Below, piece after piece: positions 10,235 to 22,674 of a DNA stretch of 64,000 bases. Location of the stretch: contig NC_068990.1 in NCBI RefSeq assembly GCF_001194135.2, forward strand, positions 57,470,401 to 57,534,400. Reading direction: 5' to 3'. Numbering within the stretch: the stretch's first letter is position 1; each line of letters starts with the position of its first letter. The DNA is from Octopus bimaculoides (Eukaryota). The notes beneath the pieces were generated by a model. It saw only the letters and a list, made by a program, of their open reading frames with translations, made no database searches and had not been told where the DNA came from. The position numbers and the translations under genes were made by a program.

Positions 10235-10858
10235 NNNNNNNNNNNNNNNNNNNNNNNNNNNNNNNNNNNNNNNNNNNNNNNNNNNNNNNNNNNNNNNNNN
10301 NNNNNNNNNNNNNNNNNNNNNNNNNNNNNNNNNNNNNNNNNNNNNNNNNNNNNNNNNNNNNNNNNNNNNNNNNNNNNNNNNNNNNNNNNNNNNNNNNNNN
10401 NNNNNNNNNNNNNNNNNNNNNNNNNNNNNNNNNNNNNNNNNNNNNNNNNNNNNNNNNNNNNNNNNNNNNNNNNNNNNNNNNNNNNNNNNNNNNNNNNNNN
10501 NNNNNNNNNNNNNNNNNNNNNNNNNNNNNNNNNNNNNNNNNNNNNNNNNNNNNNNNNNNNNNNNNNNNNNNNNNNNNNNNNNNNNNNNNNNNNNNNNNNN
10601 NNNNNNNNNNNNNNNNNNNNNNNNNNNNNNNNNNNNNNNNNNNNNNNNNNNNNNNNNNNNNNNNNNNNNNNNNNNNNNNNNNNNNNNNNNNNNNNNNNNN
10701 NNNNNNNNNNNNNNNNNNNNNNNNNNNNNNNNNNNNNNNNNNNNNNNNNNNNNNNNNNNNNNNNNNNNNNNNNNNNNNNNNNNNNNNNNNNNNNNNNNNN
10801 NNNNNNATAGTGGATTTTCATCGATGAGTTCATGAAACTTGGTTCTTTTCCCTAAAAC

Positions 10859-10894
<36 letters not shown>

Positions 10895-10898
10895 CGTA

Positions 10899-11076
10899 CC
10901 ATATTATAACATGTATGAGGAACCCACATGTATAAGGTACCTCCTAATTTGGGGGGCTTAAAATTTGGAAAAAAGGTTTTGTAAGGGATTATAAATACTA
11001 TCCATGTATAAAAAACTCCCACATTTTTTTTACCTAATTTTTGACAAAACCGGGTTCCTTATACATGTTAAAATAC

Positions 11077-11078
<2 letters not shown>
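10899..11078. mobile_element. MITE, Tc1/mariner-type, TA flanks
   Basis: ~27 bp imperfect TIRs tattataacatgtatgaggaaccc / gggttccttatacatgttaaaata. Confidence 0.65.
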
Positions 11079-11107
<29 letters not shown>

Positions 11108-11691
11108 GCATATATATATAATACTTCATGTTCAAGGCTTTGATGAAGCTATAAGCTGTTATTCAGACACTCAACTATGAGTCCACAGCATCTGAATTCA
11201 ACTGGTGCCTAAACTCCACCAACATTTAGTGTAGGGGTGTGAGACATACCTAAATGAAAAATGACTATAAGCACTATATCATTTGGGCTGGTATAGGTAT
11301 AACAGTGCATAAGCTTAAATGAGCAGTCCTGGTATCAAATCAATTTTTATCATATTAATACTTATACAGCATATAGTGTATACCTATAAAAAAATGAATT
11401 ATTATGAACTTTGCACATTCCAGACTTGCTGTCCTTACTGCTTTCCAATCTAAAATATATTTCACTGGTCTTCCCAAGTCAAATCTGCCTTGGTACAAGA
11501 TGCATTGTGTACAGATGATAAAATCTTTATGCCACCCTTACACACTCATACAGCTTATCAGCACTGCCATACTGACTTTATTATGAGCAATTTTCTGTAC
11601 TTTCGAAATGCTTGGATAAAATGGAAACTCATACATTTTGTATTTATTGTATATTCTTGAAAACAAACTGAATAATTTATTATTTAGGGTC

Positions 11692-11908
11692 AAGGCTAGT
11701 GAGTTGGCAGAATTGTTAGCACATCGGGCAAAATGCATAGTGGTATTTTTCTGTCTTTGTGTTCTGAGTTCAAATTCCACTGAGGGTGACTCTGCCTTTC
11801 AACTTTTTGGGGTTAATAAAATAAGTCCCAGTTGAGCACTGAAGTCGATGTAATCAACTCTCCAACTTACTCAAAACTGTTGGCCTTGTGCCAAAATTTG
11901 AAATCAAT
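11692..11908 (+). mobile_element. tRNA-derived SINE family B, tail type 1
   Basis: Head gagttggcagaattgttagc, B-box gagttcaaattcc, tail ggccttgtgcc. Confidence 0.85.
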
Positions 11909-12846
11909 ATTTCATTTAGAGTTATTAATTGAGTACTGTAGTAAAATTGATGTTGAGTACTTAGCATATTTTGTCAAGCATAATAGATATATTGAATAGG
12001 TAGCTATTTTAAATTAGTATTCAACAGTAATATCCAATATTACATCTGCTTCAGTACAATGATACTGGTTAAAATGTATTCATGATCAATCATTACAAAT
12101 TTAATCTAGATACTGATGTATTTCTAATATGATACTATTCTATTATTCATATGAAAGGAGTGTGATGGATTGCCAGAGAGGGTGCTTTTGTAGACTAAAT
12201 CTGTTAACAGTATTTGGTTTAATTCCTTTTTGCTATGTGTTCAAACCTCATCGGATGATTTTACATTTAATAAACCCTAAGATTTGTAAAATATGCCAGC
12301 CATTTACATAATGTCTTTTCATAAATGTCTGATAATTATTTTTCTTGAGCTGAGCATGCTTGTTCATGTTATGGCCTTTTTTCCCATGCTATCACAGATT
12401 AGATGGAAACTTATTGAAGCAATATTTTACTGCATGAAGCCTTTCCTGTTGCTAACCTTTACAATGTTTTTCACCTAAGGGATGTGTATTCCAACTGTCT
12501 TTGAAAATACAGAGCTACAGAACTATCTGTTATAATGGAATATCAACACAATATTACCTTTCTCTGCTTGAATGGTTTCTTGCAAAGAAGTTAACAGAGA
12601 CACACATATGCCTCCATCCATGTTTGTGTGTGTTATATACATACATTACATACATATGTATGTACATACATACATACATAAATGCATACATACAAAGTAA
12701 AAAAAATGACAGCAAAATAGTTTGATGAAATTTTATTTAATAATAAGAAAATTCTAATATCATGACAAATTGTTTCATAACTTAAAAACATGTAAATAAT
12801 TTATATTATATTGATATAAATAAATAAACAAATATATATATATATT

Positions 12847-13173
12847 TATATATAAGGCAAATAAGAAAATGGAGAGGATAATCAATTGACAAACATCAGC
12901 CTGTAAACATTCATTTATATCTATTTACTAATTGATTACAATCATATGTATAAGTAATCAAAGTAAACAAATGAAATAAGCAAATAAACATGTAAATAAA
13001 TAGATAAATAAAAATAAGTAAATGAATGAATGAATGATTTATTTACTTGTTTATTTGCTTATTTCATTTGTTTATTTTGATTACTTATACATATGATTGC
13101 AATCAATAAATAGATATAGATGAATATTTTCAGCCTGATTATCCTCTCCATTTTCTTATCTGCCTTATATATA
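12847..13173. repeat. ~330 bp AT-rich fold-back element
   Basis: Inner arms 12909-13001 / 13037-13125 (4 mismatches, one 4 nt indel) plus outer arms ~12847-12884 / 13136-13173. Confidence 0.85.
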
Positions 13174-13301
13174 TATAATNNNNNNNNNNAAATTATCTAC
13201 ATGTTTTTAAGTTACAAAACAATTTGTCATGATATTAGAATTTTCTTATTATTAAATAAAAATCCATCAAACTGTTTTGCTGTCATTTTTTACTTCGTAT
13301 G

Positions 13302-13333
<32 letters not shown>

Positions 13334-13354
13334 TGTATGTAGAGACCAATAAAA

Positions 13355-13625
13355 CTCTTTGTCACACAAAAGATGAACTGAAGGCAAGGGTTATAGCAGC
13401 AATCACCAACTTAAAGAAGGAGACCATTCTGAAGAATTGCAGGAGATTCTGAAGTCTTCTGGAGGCCTTGGTTTAAGCAAACGGCAATTTTATTGAATGA
13501 ATTTATTCTTTAGTATTTCAAGATATTTTGATGTAATTTTGGTAAATTTAATGTTAAAATGAGATGTCAGTGTTATTTTCATTTTTGCGTAATTTAAACT
13601 ACACTTTATTCACTGAACTCTGTAT
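13355..13625 (+). mobile_element. maT/DD37D-type transposase C-terminal remnant
   Basis: HTKDELKARVIAAITNLKKETILKNCRRF*SLLEALV. Confidence 0.7.
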
Positions 13626-13642
13626 ACATATGTATATATATA

Positions 13643-14311
13643 TGAAGGGAAGTCCCAAATTATCTGCACTTTCGCTATAACCTATCTTTATTTTTGTCAC
13701 ACTGCCTTCTGCGCATGCAAGCATATAATTGGTACTATTGTGTTCATGTGATTGAAGTTTGAACCTGATTGCACCGTTTTTCTTTCTGGCTTTACAGTGT
13801 AAGCAAGGCCGCTCCACTAGCAATACATACGAAGAGAGAACAAGAAGCAGTGATCTGATTTCTGTGGTTGGAAGGTGTGTCAGGTGTTGAAATTCATCGG
13901 AGGCTTTTAGTACAATATGGGAACAGTACACTACCACATAAGAAGTGTGTATAAGTAGATTGAGAAGTTTAAAGGTGGCTGGAAAGTCATGATGAATGAA
14001 GAGGGTGCAAGGATGTCCATCAACTTCTACCACTGATGAGAAGATTCAGCAAGCTTGAGAGATGGTAATGGGGAATCGGTTCACCATTACCATCTCTCAG
14101 ATCACTGCTCTTTGTACTTCTTTGGTGCACATTGCTAGAAGAGTGGCCATGCTTACGATGTAAAGCCAGAAAGAAAAGTTGCATGCTCAGGCTCAAATTG
14201 AAATCACGTGACTACAATAGTACCAACTATAAGCACACATGAACAGAAGGCAGTGTGACAATTATAAAGATATGTTATGGCAAAAGTGCAGATAATTTTT
14301 GACTTCCCCTA

Positions 14312-14312
<1 letters not shown>
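13643..14312 (+). mobile_element. Internally deleted mariner with both TIRs
   Basis: TIRs gggaagtcccaaattatctgcacttt / aaagtgcagataatttttgacttcccc; decayed N-terminal HTH region (FLWLEGVSGVEIHRRL). Confidence 0.8.
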
Positions 14313-14345
<33 letters not shown>

Positions 14346-14348
<3 letters not shown>

Positions 14349-14639
14349 ATGATCACGTGAATGACCAAACTTTTGGATGTCATTATACATCACTGGTCAT
14401 GATGCGCTTTGCATCATTTTAGTTTTTGAATGGTGCAACCCTACTGGCTACATGAGCAGACCAACATTCCCCCTACTTGGAAGACTGGTTCGTTGCTGGG
14501 TTGCCCATTTCAGCTGAGTAGACTGGAGAAATGTGAAATGAAGTGTTTTACTCAAAAGCATGTACACCTAGGTCTAGGGATTGAATCCACAATCTAGCAA
14601 TCATGTGTGCATCACCCTAACCACTAGGTCACACATGCC
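14346..14639 (-). mobile_element. Diverged tRNA-derived SINE (C/D-related)
   Basis: tRNA-like head at the right end; CORE-like cagctgagtagactggag block. Confidence 0.65.
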
Positions 14640-14679
14640 ATGACACACACACACACATCCACACATCTATACACACACA

Positions 14680-14743
<64 letters not shown>

Positions 14744-15829
14744 TATATATATATATATGCATAATAGGCTTCCATACAGTTTGTATCAAGCAGTTCCACT
14801 CACAAGGCATTTGGCACCCTGAGGCTAGAGTAAGAAGACTCTTACCCAAGTTCCCATGTAGAAAGCAAGCGAACTCAAATACAATGTGCTTATGAAGGTG
14901 AGCACCATATTCACACAGTTATTTCTGCACCTAAATTGATGTTATCTTACCTGTTTAACACTGTATTTTTGATGAAATACACTGCTTATATATCATCTAA
15001 TGCATCCCATTGCTTTCTTTTCAAACATAGTCTTTTCAAACATAGACTGCATTGTTAAGCAAAGCCTTGCCTAGAACACAGACTGAAAATATTATTGTTA
15101 ATATAGATAATATGCTTGTGAATTTATATTTACAAAGTTTGTGCCAAAAACTGAAGCAGTCTAAGATGTTTAAGTGATGAACCAGATAGTAATATCACAA
15201 GAGGAACTTTCTACTAACTACTTTGAAAGTCCAGTGAATTTGAGTGTATTTGCTAATGCAGAACATTTGAGATAAAGGCAAATTAAATTAAACGGTGAAC
15301 TCAAAATGTACGTATCAATATCACCAATGAATCTAGTTATAGGCATATGCCATAGAAGTATTAATATCTGGCAGTAAAACAGATACATACATATAAGAGC
15401 CAATAATAGAATCTTGATCTAGCTACATTGTCTGCTAGAAATAGCAACCAAATCTTCCTCAAGACATACCATACAAATTCAAAAAGGAACACAGATAATG
15501 TAATCTACAACACATTATGCTTGAGAAAGTAAGAATAAACAATAATAGAACAGGTGATGACAGCCGGAATACATGGGCCTACTCAGTCAAGGCTGGCCTG
15601 TGAGTAAACAGCTACAACTTATGTGTACAAAAACCAGCCTACAAGAGAGCCTTTAAACAATCACTTGAACTGCTAAAAATATTGACTGATTTTGACACAA
15701 ATAACATTATACTTAATTAAAATGAAAAGGAGGTGTTAGATAAATAAAGTCTTATCTGCTACTAATCAGAAATGGCTTTGAACAAATGTCTCCTCAAACA
15801 GAGCTGGTATGGGGACTAAAAAAATACAA

Positions 15830-15866
<37 letters not shown>

Positions 15867-16312
15867 GGCACAGGCGTGACTGTGGGGTAAGAAGCTTGCT
15901 TCCCAACCACCATGATGATACTGTACTGACATTAAACCCAGAATCCACATCTAACAGCGTGCAATCATTGCAGTTGAAATGTGTGTAGGGCCACAAAAGA
16001 ATGCTGTAAATAACTATTTAATAAAATTATAGGTGTGGAAAAATCTCCGTTCTCCTGATTATTATTAATACTATTACTTACTCTATGGAAACTATGCAGT
16101 CCTGAGCAGGACACTCGGATTTACCAAGTGAGGAAAATCGCTAGAGTCTAGCAGCTTATGGCTAAATTGGGTATGACCAAGATTCACAGTTAGCTGGCAT
16201 ATGAAACTGATTTAACAGGGAAAATGGTAACTGCCAGGATTTCATATCTCTTCGAAATCAATTCTGAATATATCACTTTTGGAAATAACTCTTATTCATA
16301 TATACATACATG

Positions 16313-16380
16313 CTGCAGGGATCTGTTCTTGGTCCCCTTTTGTTTGCTGCCTACATTAACGACACAGATGTCAACTTAAA
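16313..16380 (+). mobile_element. Short CR1/L2-type reverse transcriptase fragment
   Basis: QGSVLGPLLFAAYIND motif. Confidence 0.7.
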
Positions 16381-17226
16381 GAATGCCACAGTTCAAACCA
16401 CAATTCAAACCATGCTTAGTTCAAACCATATAACTGTTCAATGTCTTCTTCAACAACTTGGAAAGGTTCCTAAACTTGGAAAATGGGAGTCTCCTGAATT
16501 GTCCGAAAGCAACTGCATATCCCGAGTTGACATCTGCTCTTCTCTCTATTCTCGCAAACTAATTTCACCCTTTTTGGATAGACTTGTCACTGGTGACGAA
16601 AAATGGATCTTCTATCGAAATGTTAAATGTCATAAACAGTGGCTTGGTAAAAGGGAAAAAGCTCAGCCACAACCGATAAGGGAACTTCATGGGAAAAAGG
16701 TTCTTCTCTCTATCTGGTGGGATTGCAAAGGAGTAATTCACTTTGAATTATTACCACCTAATGTAACAATCAATGCTCAAGTCTACTGTCAGCAATTAGT
16801 GTGTTTGAACCAAGCTTTGAAGAAAAAAAGACCTGCTTTAGTGAATCAAAAAGGAGTGATGTGTGACTCCACGCTGCAAAGATCACATCACAGAAGATCG
16901 AAGAGCTTGGTTGGGAAAAAAATCCTCATCCACCTTATTCTCCCGACCTTGCTCCTTCAGACTACCATTTGTTTCATAGTTTACAGAATCATTTGGGGGG
17001 CATAACTTTTGCAAGCCAGGAGGAGGTCGAAACTGACATTTCAGAGTTCTTCACTTTGAAACCAAAAGAGTTTTACATTGATGAGATTAGAAAGCTTATA
17101 AATAGATGGAAGGAAGTCATAGATAATCAGGGAAAGTACATTGATGATTAAATTTCAATTAAATATAACATTTGATCACTTGTTTTCTTTATTCAAAATT
17201 CGGACAGAACTTCTGAGATGACCTGA
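16381..17226 (+). mobile_element. 5'-truncated mariner transposase pseudogene with 3' TIR
   Basis: LVTGDEKW, KKVLLSIWWD and HPPYSPDLAPSDYHLF motifs; the HDN segment with the second catalytic Asp is deleted; TIR ttcggacagaacttctgagatgacctga followed by TA. Confidence 0.92.
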
Positions 17227-17757
17227 TACATACATATATATATATATATTATTTTTATACAGGTTGTGTGTGTGGTATTTAGGCATAGATTTAGGCTTGA
17301 AGAGTTAGCAACAATAAAGTTGCAGATATCAGATTTTCTTCAAAGCATTGCTGCAATCCAGTCTAAGTAGCACCTCATTTAAAAGTGATTAACCAGTACG
17401 TGCTGTTACAAAGGTTGTGAATGCTGGCTGAAAATGGAAGCAATGCATATTGGTAAAAAAGTAACAAACATGTTTGGCTGATAATTCAGACATAGACCAG
17501 TTCCAATATATAACATCAATAAAAAGATACACAAGCATAATGTGGTGCAAAAAATGTTTGTATTTATTTTCTTGTGTGTAAGGCCAAATACTTAATTCAA
17601 TACTTCAGAAATAGCATTAGATGAATATTCTTAAGTTAAAGTTCTATTTGAGTGGCACAAGTGTACAAGAAAATATTGGTAGAAAAGTAAAAATTAAAAA
17701 AAAGATAAGACTCATTGTGGAAATAGAAATTAGCAAATCACTTCTAGTTCAGCTTAC

Positions 17758-17863
17758 CATGTTATTTAAGACAAAAGAAAATGTGAGAGGACAATGGCAG
17801 ATTCTGCTATGTGTGCTGTTTTCACTCAAGTCCATATGAAAGGATAGTGTCAGAATGCATCCT
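17758..17863 (-). CDS. Weak candidate internal exon, product unknown (GCILTLSFHMDLSENSTHSRICHCPLTFSFVLNNM)
   Basis: Acceptor ccttatttccttttacctcacctctag, donor ATG|GTAAGC, one open frame; no homology recognised. Confidence 0.25.
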
Positions 17864-18236
17864 CTAGAGGTGAGGTAAAAGGAAATAAGGCAGCTAAGTG
17901 AGAAATATAGCTTTGCCTGCCATATATATATGGCAAAATAGCTGACAATATTCTGGTCCTTGACTGGCAAATATAACTGGTGAAATAGCAAAACGTTACC
18001 TGTTGCACAAGAACCTAACCAAAATTGCTATATCAGACAACTTCCAGATTGCAGCGAAAGCAACACACAAGAACGTTCAGTATAATAGAAAAAAATTGGG
18101 AAAAACTGAATGAAGATGCACATATACTAACAGGTGTGAATGATACAAGTGGTGAGTTAAGTAAGAAACAACAGAAACATACTATGTACATAATATATGC
18201 AAGGTAAAAGCAATAGAAGACTCTGTACATTCTTAC

Positions 18237-18676
18237 ATCTTTTACTTGTTCCAGTCGTTATACTGTGGCCATGTTGGGTCAATGCTTTGAAGAATTTTAG
18301 TCAAATGAATTGATCCCAGTACTTATTTTATCTTAAACGTGGAACTTATTTTATCTGTCTCTTTTGCCAAACTGCAAAGTTAAAAGAATGTAAACACACC
18401 AACATCAGTTTTCAAGCAGTGGTGGGAGATAAACACAGACACAAAGACAAACACGCACACATACATATTTACACACATACACACACATGCACACACACAC
18501 GCACATATATATGAAAGACTTCTTTCAGTTTCCATCTACCAAATCCACTCACAAGGCTTTAGTCAGTCTAAGACTCTTGTAGTAGACACTTGCTCAAAGT
18601 TCCAAGCAGTGGGGCTAAACTCAGAACCATGTGGCTAGGAAGCAAGTTTCTAACCATTCAGCCATGCCTGTGCCTA
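18237..18676 (-). mobile_element. SINE family A, diverged
   Basis: Homology to family A. Confidence 0.85.
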
Positions 18677-19042
18677 AAACCATTGTGTACCGTCAGGTTG
18701 ACTTGTTTGTTTCAATTAAATCTTTTACGTCTAGTTTCAAACAAATTAATTGTAGCCATAAATGCACAAAAATAATCAAAAATAAATAAACAGAACAACC
18801 ATCTCAGGCCTATAACATCCCAAATAAATACACTTACATATTCAGTTGGCAAACAAATAGTCTGAGGAATTTTTTCAGACATTAGAAGAAACAAATACAA
18901 TAGGTACCATCTCCACATCAAATGTATGAAGTTTGTTCAGAAATGTCCCAGTGATAGAAACACTGTAAATACTAAGAGAATACATAAAAAACATTCAAAA
19001 AATGAGTCACCCACAATACCAGCAGCCTAATTAAAAAAAAGT

Positions 19043-19355
19043 GGAGGCGCAATGGCCCAGTGGTTAGGGCAGCGGACTCGCGGTCGGAGGATTACGGTTT
19101 CAATTCTCAGACTAGGCGTTGTGTGTGTTTATTGAGCGAAAACACCTAAAAGCTCCACGAGGCTCCGGCAGGGTGTGGTGGTGACTCTTGTTGTACTCTT
19201 TCACCTTAACTTTCTCTCAGTCTTTCTTCCTGTTTCTTGAGTAAAGCTGTGATGGACTGGCATCCTGTCCAGCTGAGGGGGAACACATACGTCATAGAAA
19301 CCAGGAAACTGGGCCCATGAGCCTGGCTAGGCTTTAAAAGGGCGTATAAAAGAAA
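19043..19355 (+). mobile_element. tRNA-derived SINE family C
   Basis: GC-rich head tggcccagtggttagggcagcggactcgc; internal gatggactggcatcctgtccag block resembling V-SINE central domains. Confidence 0.8.
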
Positions 19356-19430
19356 AATAATTAAAAAAGAAAACTGACTATGATCTACACAACTGAAGTA
19401 CCATTTCACTGCCAACAAGATAATTTTATA

Positions 19431-19585
19431 CAAAAGCACCCAGCACACTCTGTTAAGTGATTAGTGTTGAGAAGGGCATCCAACCATAGAAACCATGCCA
19501 CAACAGACAGCTGGTGTCTGTACAGCTCCATGTCAAACTGTCCAACCCATGCCAGCATGGAAAGTGGACGTTAAATGATGATGAG
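19431..19585 (+). mobile_element. RTE-type 3' tail fragment
   Basis: aagggcatcc...ccaacccatgccagcatggaaagtggacgttaaatgatgatga. Confidence 0.75.
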
Positions 19586-19849
19586 ACAGAGTGGCCATGG
19601 GTTGCCTTTTAGGGAAATATGTCTGCAACACGCTACTTATCCAAACAGAGAAAAAAATAGCATCAAAACATAGACACATAATGTACTCTAGATATGGAGA
19701 TAATATAGTAGTTGTAATAGATACGCTTAAGAAGGAGACCAAAAGGAAGATGATTAAGATAACTTTGTACTAAAATTTAATATGAAGAATAACACAAATA
19801 TATAATGAACTTATTGTATATAGTTCTCAGGAGCACTACAACTCATCAG

Positions 19850-20345
19850 AAAAACTAACCAAAACTGCATGAACTGCACACAGGATATGCACAAGGAGTG
19901 TGCAGTGAAAAAGTAATAAAAAAAGAAGAAATCGGGGTAAGGGCATCAGGTGTACTGTTGACGAATTTCAGGAAGCATGGAAATTTTGAAGGATGTAGTG
20001 TGTTGACAGGTAACAACTGATGCAAGTAGTTTATTCCATGCTTTGGCAATTCTGAGCATAGAAATGTTTTCAAAAGTCATGGATGTTGTGTTGTTTTTGA
20101 TTTTGTAAGCATGTCCACGAGTGTTAGATATATGGAATTCAAAAAGGTACCCAAGGTTGTTGGATAATCTTGTGGGTGTCTGCCAAGTCAGTTTCCAGAT
20201 TTTGGAGCTTTAATGTGTCCATGCCTAGAGTATGGTAGATACCTGACAAAAGGTATTCATCTGGTTGCACATTTCTGAACAGTTTCCTGGAGCAAGATGA
20301 AGGCTCCAGACTGGTGATGCAAATTCTAAGTGTGGACATACCATA
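19850..20345 (-). mobile_element. CR1-clade LINE 3' fragment
   Basis: LGMDTLKLQNLETDLADTHKII, NTRGHAYK and LRIAKAWNKL motifs. Confidence 0.85.
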
Positions 20346-20559
20346 GTCATATACAACTTCAAATAGATAACTGGAGAGACCATATCTTAGACATAAAAGT
20401 ACAGATTGCAATAAAAACGAAAGTAAAACTGCAAAAAACAGGTACATCATATCAGTATATGCTATAGAATCAAACAAGTACATATACTTACAGTGAATGA
20501 GCCATCACAATTACAAAATACCAGTAGTAAAAACACTTCTCAGAATAGTATTTATATTC

Positions 20560-20796
20560 TGGCGGTGGGTTGGCAGAAACGTTAGCACGCCGGGTGAAAT
20601 GCTTTGCGGTATTTCGTCTGCCGTTACTTTCTGAGTTCAAATTCCGCCAAGGTCGACTTTACCTTTCATCCTTTCGGGGTCGATAAATTAAGTACCAGTT
20701 ATGCACTGGGGTCGATGAAACCGACTTAATCCCTTTGTCTGTCCTTGTTTGTCCCCTCTATGTTTAACCCCTTGTGGGCAATAAAGAAATAAGAAA
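20560..20796 (+). mobile_element. SINE family B, tail type 2, young copy with 13 bp TSD
   Basis: TSD agtatttatattc at 20547-20559 and 20797-20809; CpGs retained. Confidence 0.92.
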
Positions 20797-20861
20797 AGTA
20801 TTTATATTCATGGCCACAAATAATGCACTAGAGAGAGAAACACATAGAATATAACAAATAT

Positions 20862-21058
20862 AGATTTCAAGGCCAGCAGGTTTTTTGTGGGGTTTAAGGC
20901 GATTACATCAACCCCAGTGTTCAAATGGTATTTTATCGACCCCAAAAGGATGAAAGGTAAAGTCAACCCTGGTGGGATTTGAACTCAGAACATAAAGACA
21001 GATGAAACACTAAGCATTTTGGCCAGTGTATTAATGATTCTGCAAGCTCACCACCTTA
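20862..21058 (-). mobile_element. SINE family B
   Basis: Reverse-complement homology to 20560-20796. Confidence 0.85.
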
Positions 21059-21674
21059 GAACAAAATAAATATCAATTAACTATAAATATTCTAAAAGAT
21101 TGGTAGACTAAGCTACAAAAGGATACAAACACAAACATAATACAATGAAGACATCAGAGAATATACCAAAGAGAAATACATAAACCGTATGTAAAATTTA
21201 TTTTATCTTCCCAAATGTATAAAATATTGAAAAGACACAAGTTTTTAATTTTGGCACAAACCCAGCAATTTTATAGAGAAGAACAAGTTGATTATATTAA
21301 CCCAGTATTTAATAGTTATGTATCTTATTTATTAACTTCAAAAGAATGAAATGGCAAGTTGAACTTGTTGGAATTGAACTCAAAATGAGAAAAGCTGGAA
21401 GAAATGTGTCTCAGCATTTTTGTCTGATGTTCTAATGATTCTGCTTGCATGTAGACTTCTTTTAGTTTCTGTCTACAAAATCAACAAACAAAATGTTGGT
21501 CAGCCCAAATCTATAGTAAAAGCCACTTGCAGTGGGATAAAACATGGAATCATGTGGCTAAGAACTAAATTTCTTACCACACACCCAAAGTTGTGTGTGT
21601 ATATACATGTACACTCATATATAATTATATATGTATAGGTATATATATACATACAAATATAAATGTACAGAAAT

Positions 21675-21830
21675 CAAAAGACCGAGGCAGGTGATAGAAC
21701 AGCAAGTATTAGTTTGACACTTGGAATAAATGGAAAAGTCTTTAACATTTCGAGCCTAAGGTCTTTGATAGAAAGAGAAGGGAGGGAAAATGGAGTGATA
21801 GAGTAAATAACAGAGAGAAAAAAGGTGTCA
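21675..21830 (-). mobile_element. Probable Penelope-like pseudo-LTR remnant with degenerate hammerhead-like motif
   Basis: tcttt-CTATCAA-a-gacc/ttag/gctc-GAAA-t-GTT-aaaga at 21739-21776. Confidence 0.4.
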
Positions 21831-21909
21831 GAATTACATACATACATACATACATATTTGTTTGCATGTATGCAAGTATGTATGCATGCATGAATGTATG
21901 TACTAATCT

Positions 21910-21944
<35 letters not shown>

Positions 21945-22344
21945 NNNNNNNNNNNNNNNNNNNNNNNNNNNNNNNNNNNNNNNNNNNNNNNNNNNNNNNN
22001 NNNNNNNNNNNNNNNNNNNNNNNNNNNNNNNNNNNNNNNNNNNNNNNNNNNNNNNNNNNNNNNNNNNNNNNNNNNNNNNNNNNNNNNNNNNNNNNNNNNN
22101 NNNNNNNNNNNNNNNNNNNNNNNNNNNNNNNNNNNNNNNNNNNNNNNNNNCATGGTTGTTACATTCCAAAACCCCACTGCAATAAGTGAAAATCTGTGAA
22201 GTAGAAACAGTACTACATATTTTTTAAGATTATTTTCATAATTTGTATATATTTTTTTATTATAAATGCAAAACAACACCACAGAGGAATTGAGGTAAGC
22301 TTAAATGATAAACCACAATAGGTGAACTGCAATATGGCGATAGA

Positions 22345-22674
22345 TTTTTGAGACTCCCTTCGGTCATTACTGACCATGGGATTGCCTCTAGAAAGTCACC
22401 CTCCCAGCATAAGTCTAGGCAAGGTTGTTTATGGAAGACCAGCAGTCGCCCATGCATACCGGTCTCCCCTCTCCACGCCACCAATGTTATCCAAGGGAAA
22501 GGCAAAGGCTGGTACGACTTGGCACCTGTGACGTGGCAACTCATTTCTACAGCTGAGTGAACTGGAGCAACATGAAATAAAGTGTCTTGCTCAAGAACAG
22601 AACACGCAGCCCGGTCAGGGATTCAAACTCACTACCTCATGATCGTAAGCTCGGCGCTTTAAACACTGAGTCAT
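22345..22674 (-). mobile_element. SINE family D (CORE-like)
   Basis: Reverse-complement homology to 3083-3385. Confidence 0.85.

Noticed and set aside
10807-10860. TCGATGA...GAAAC...GTT hammerhead-like string
   Set aside because: Core positions 3-4 are wrong, stem II does not form and stem I is absent.
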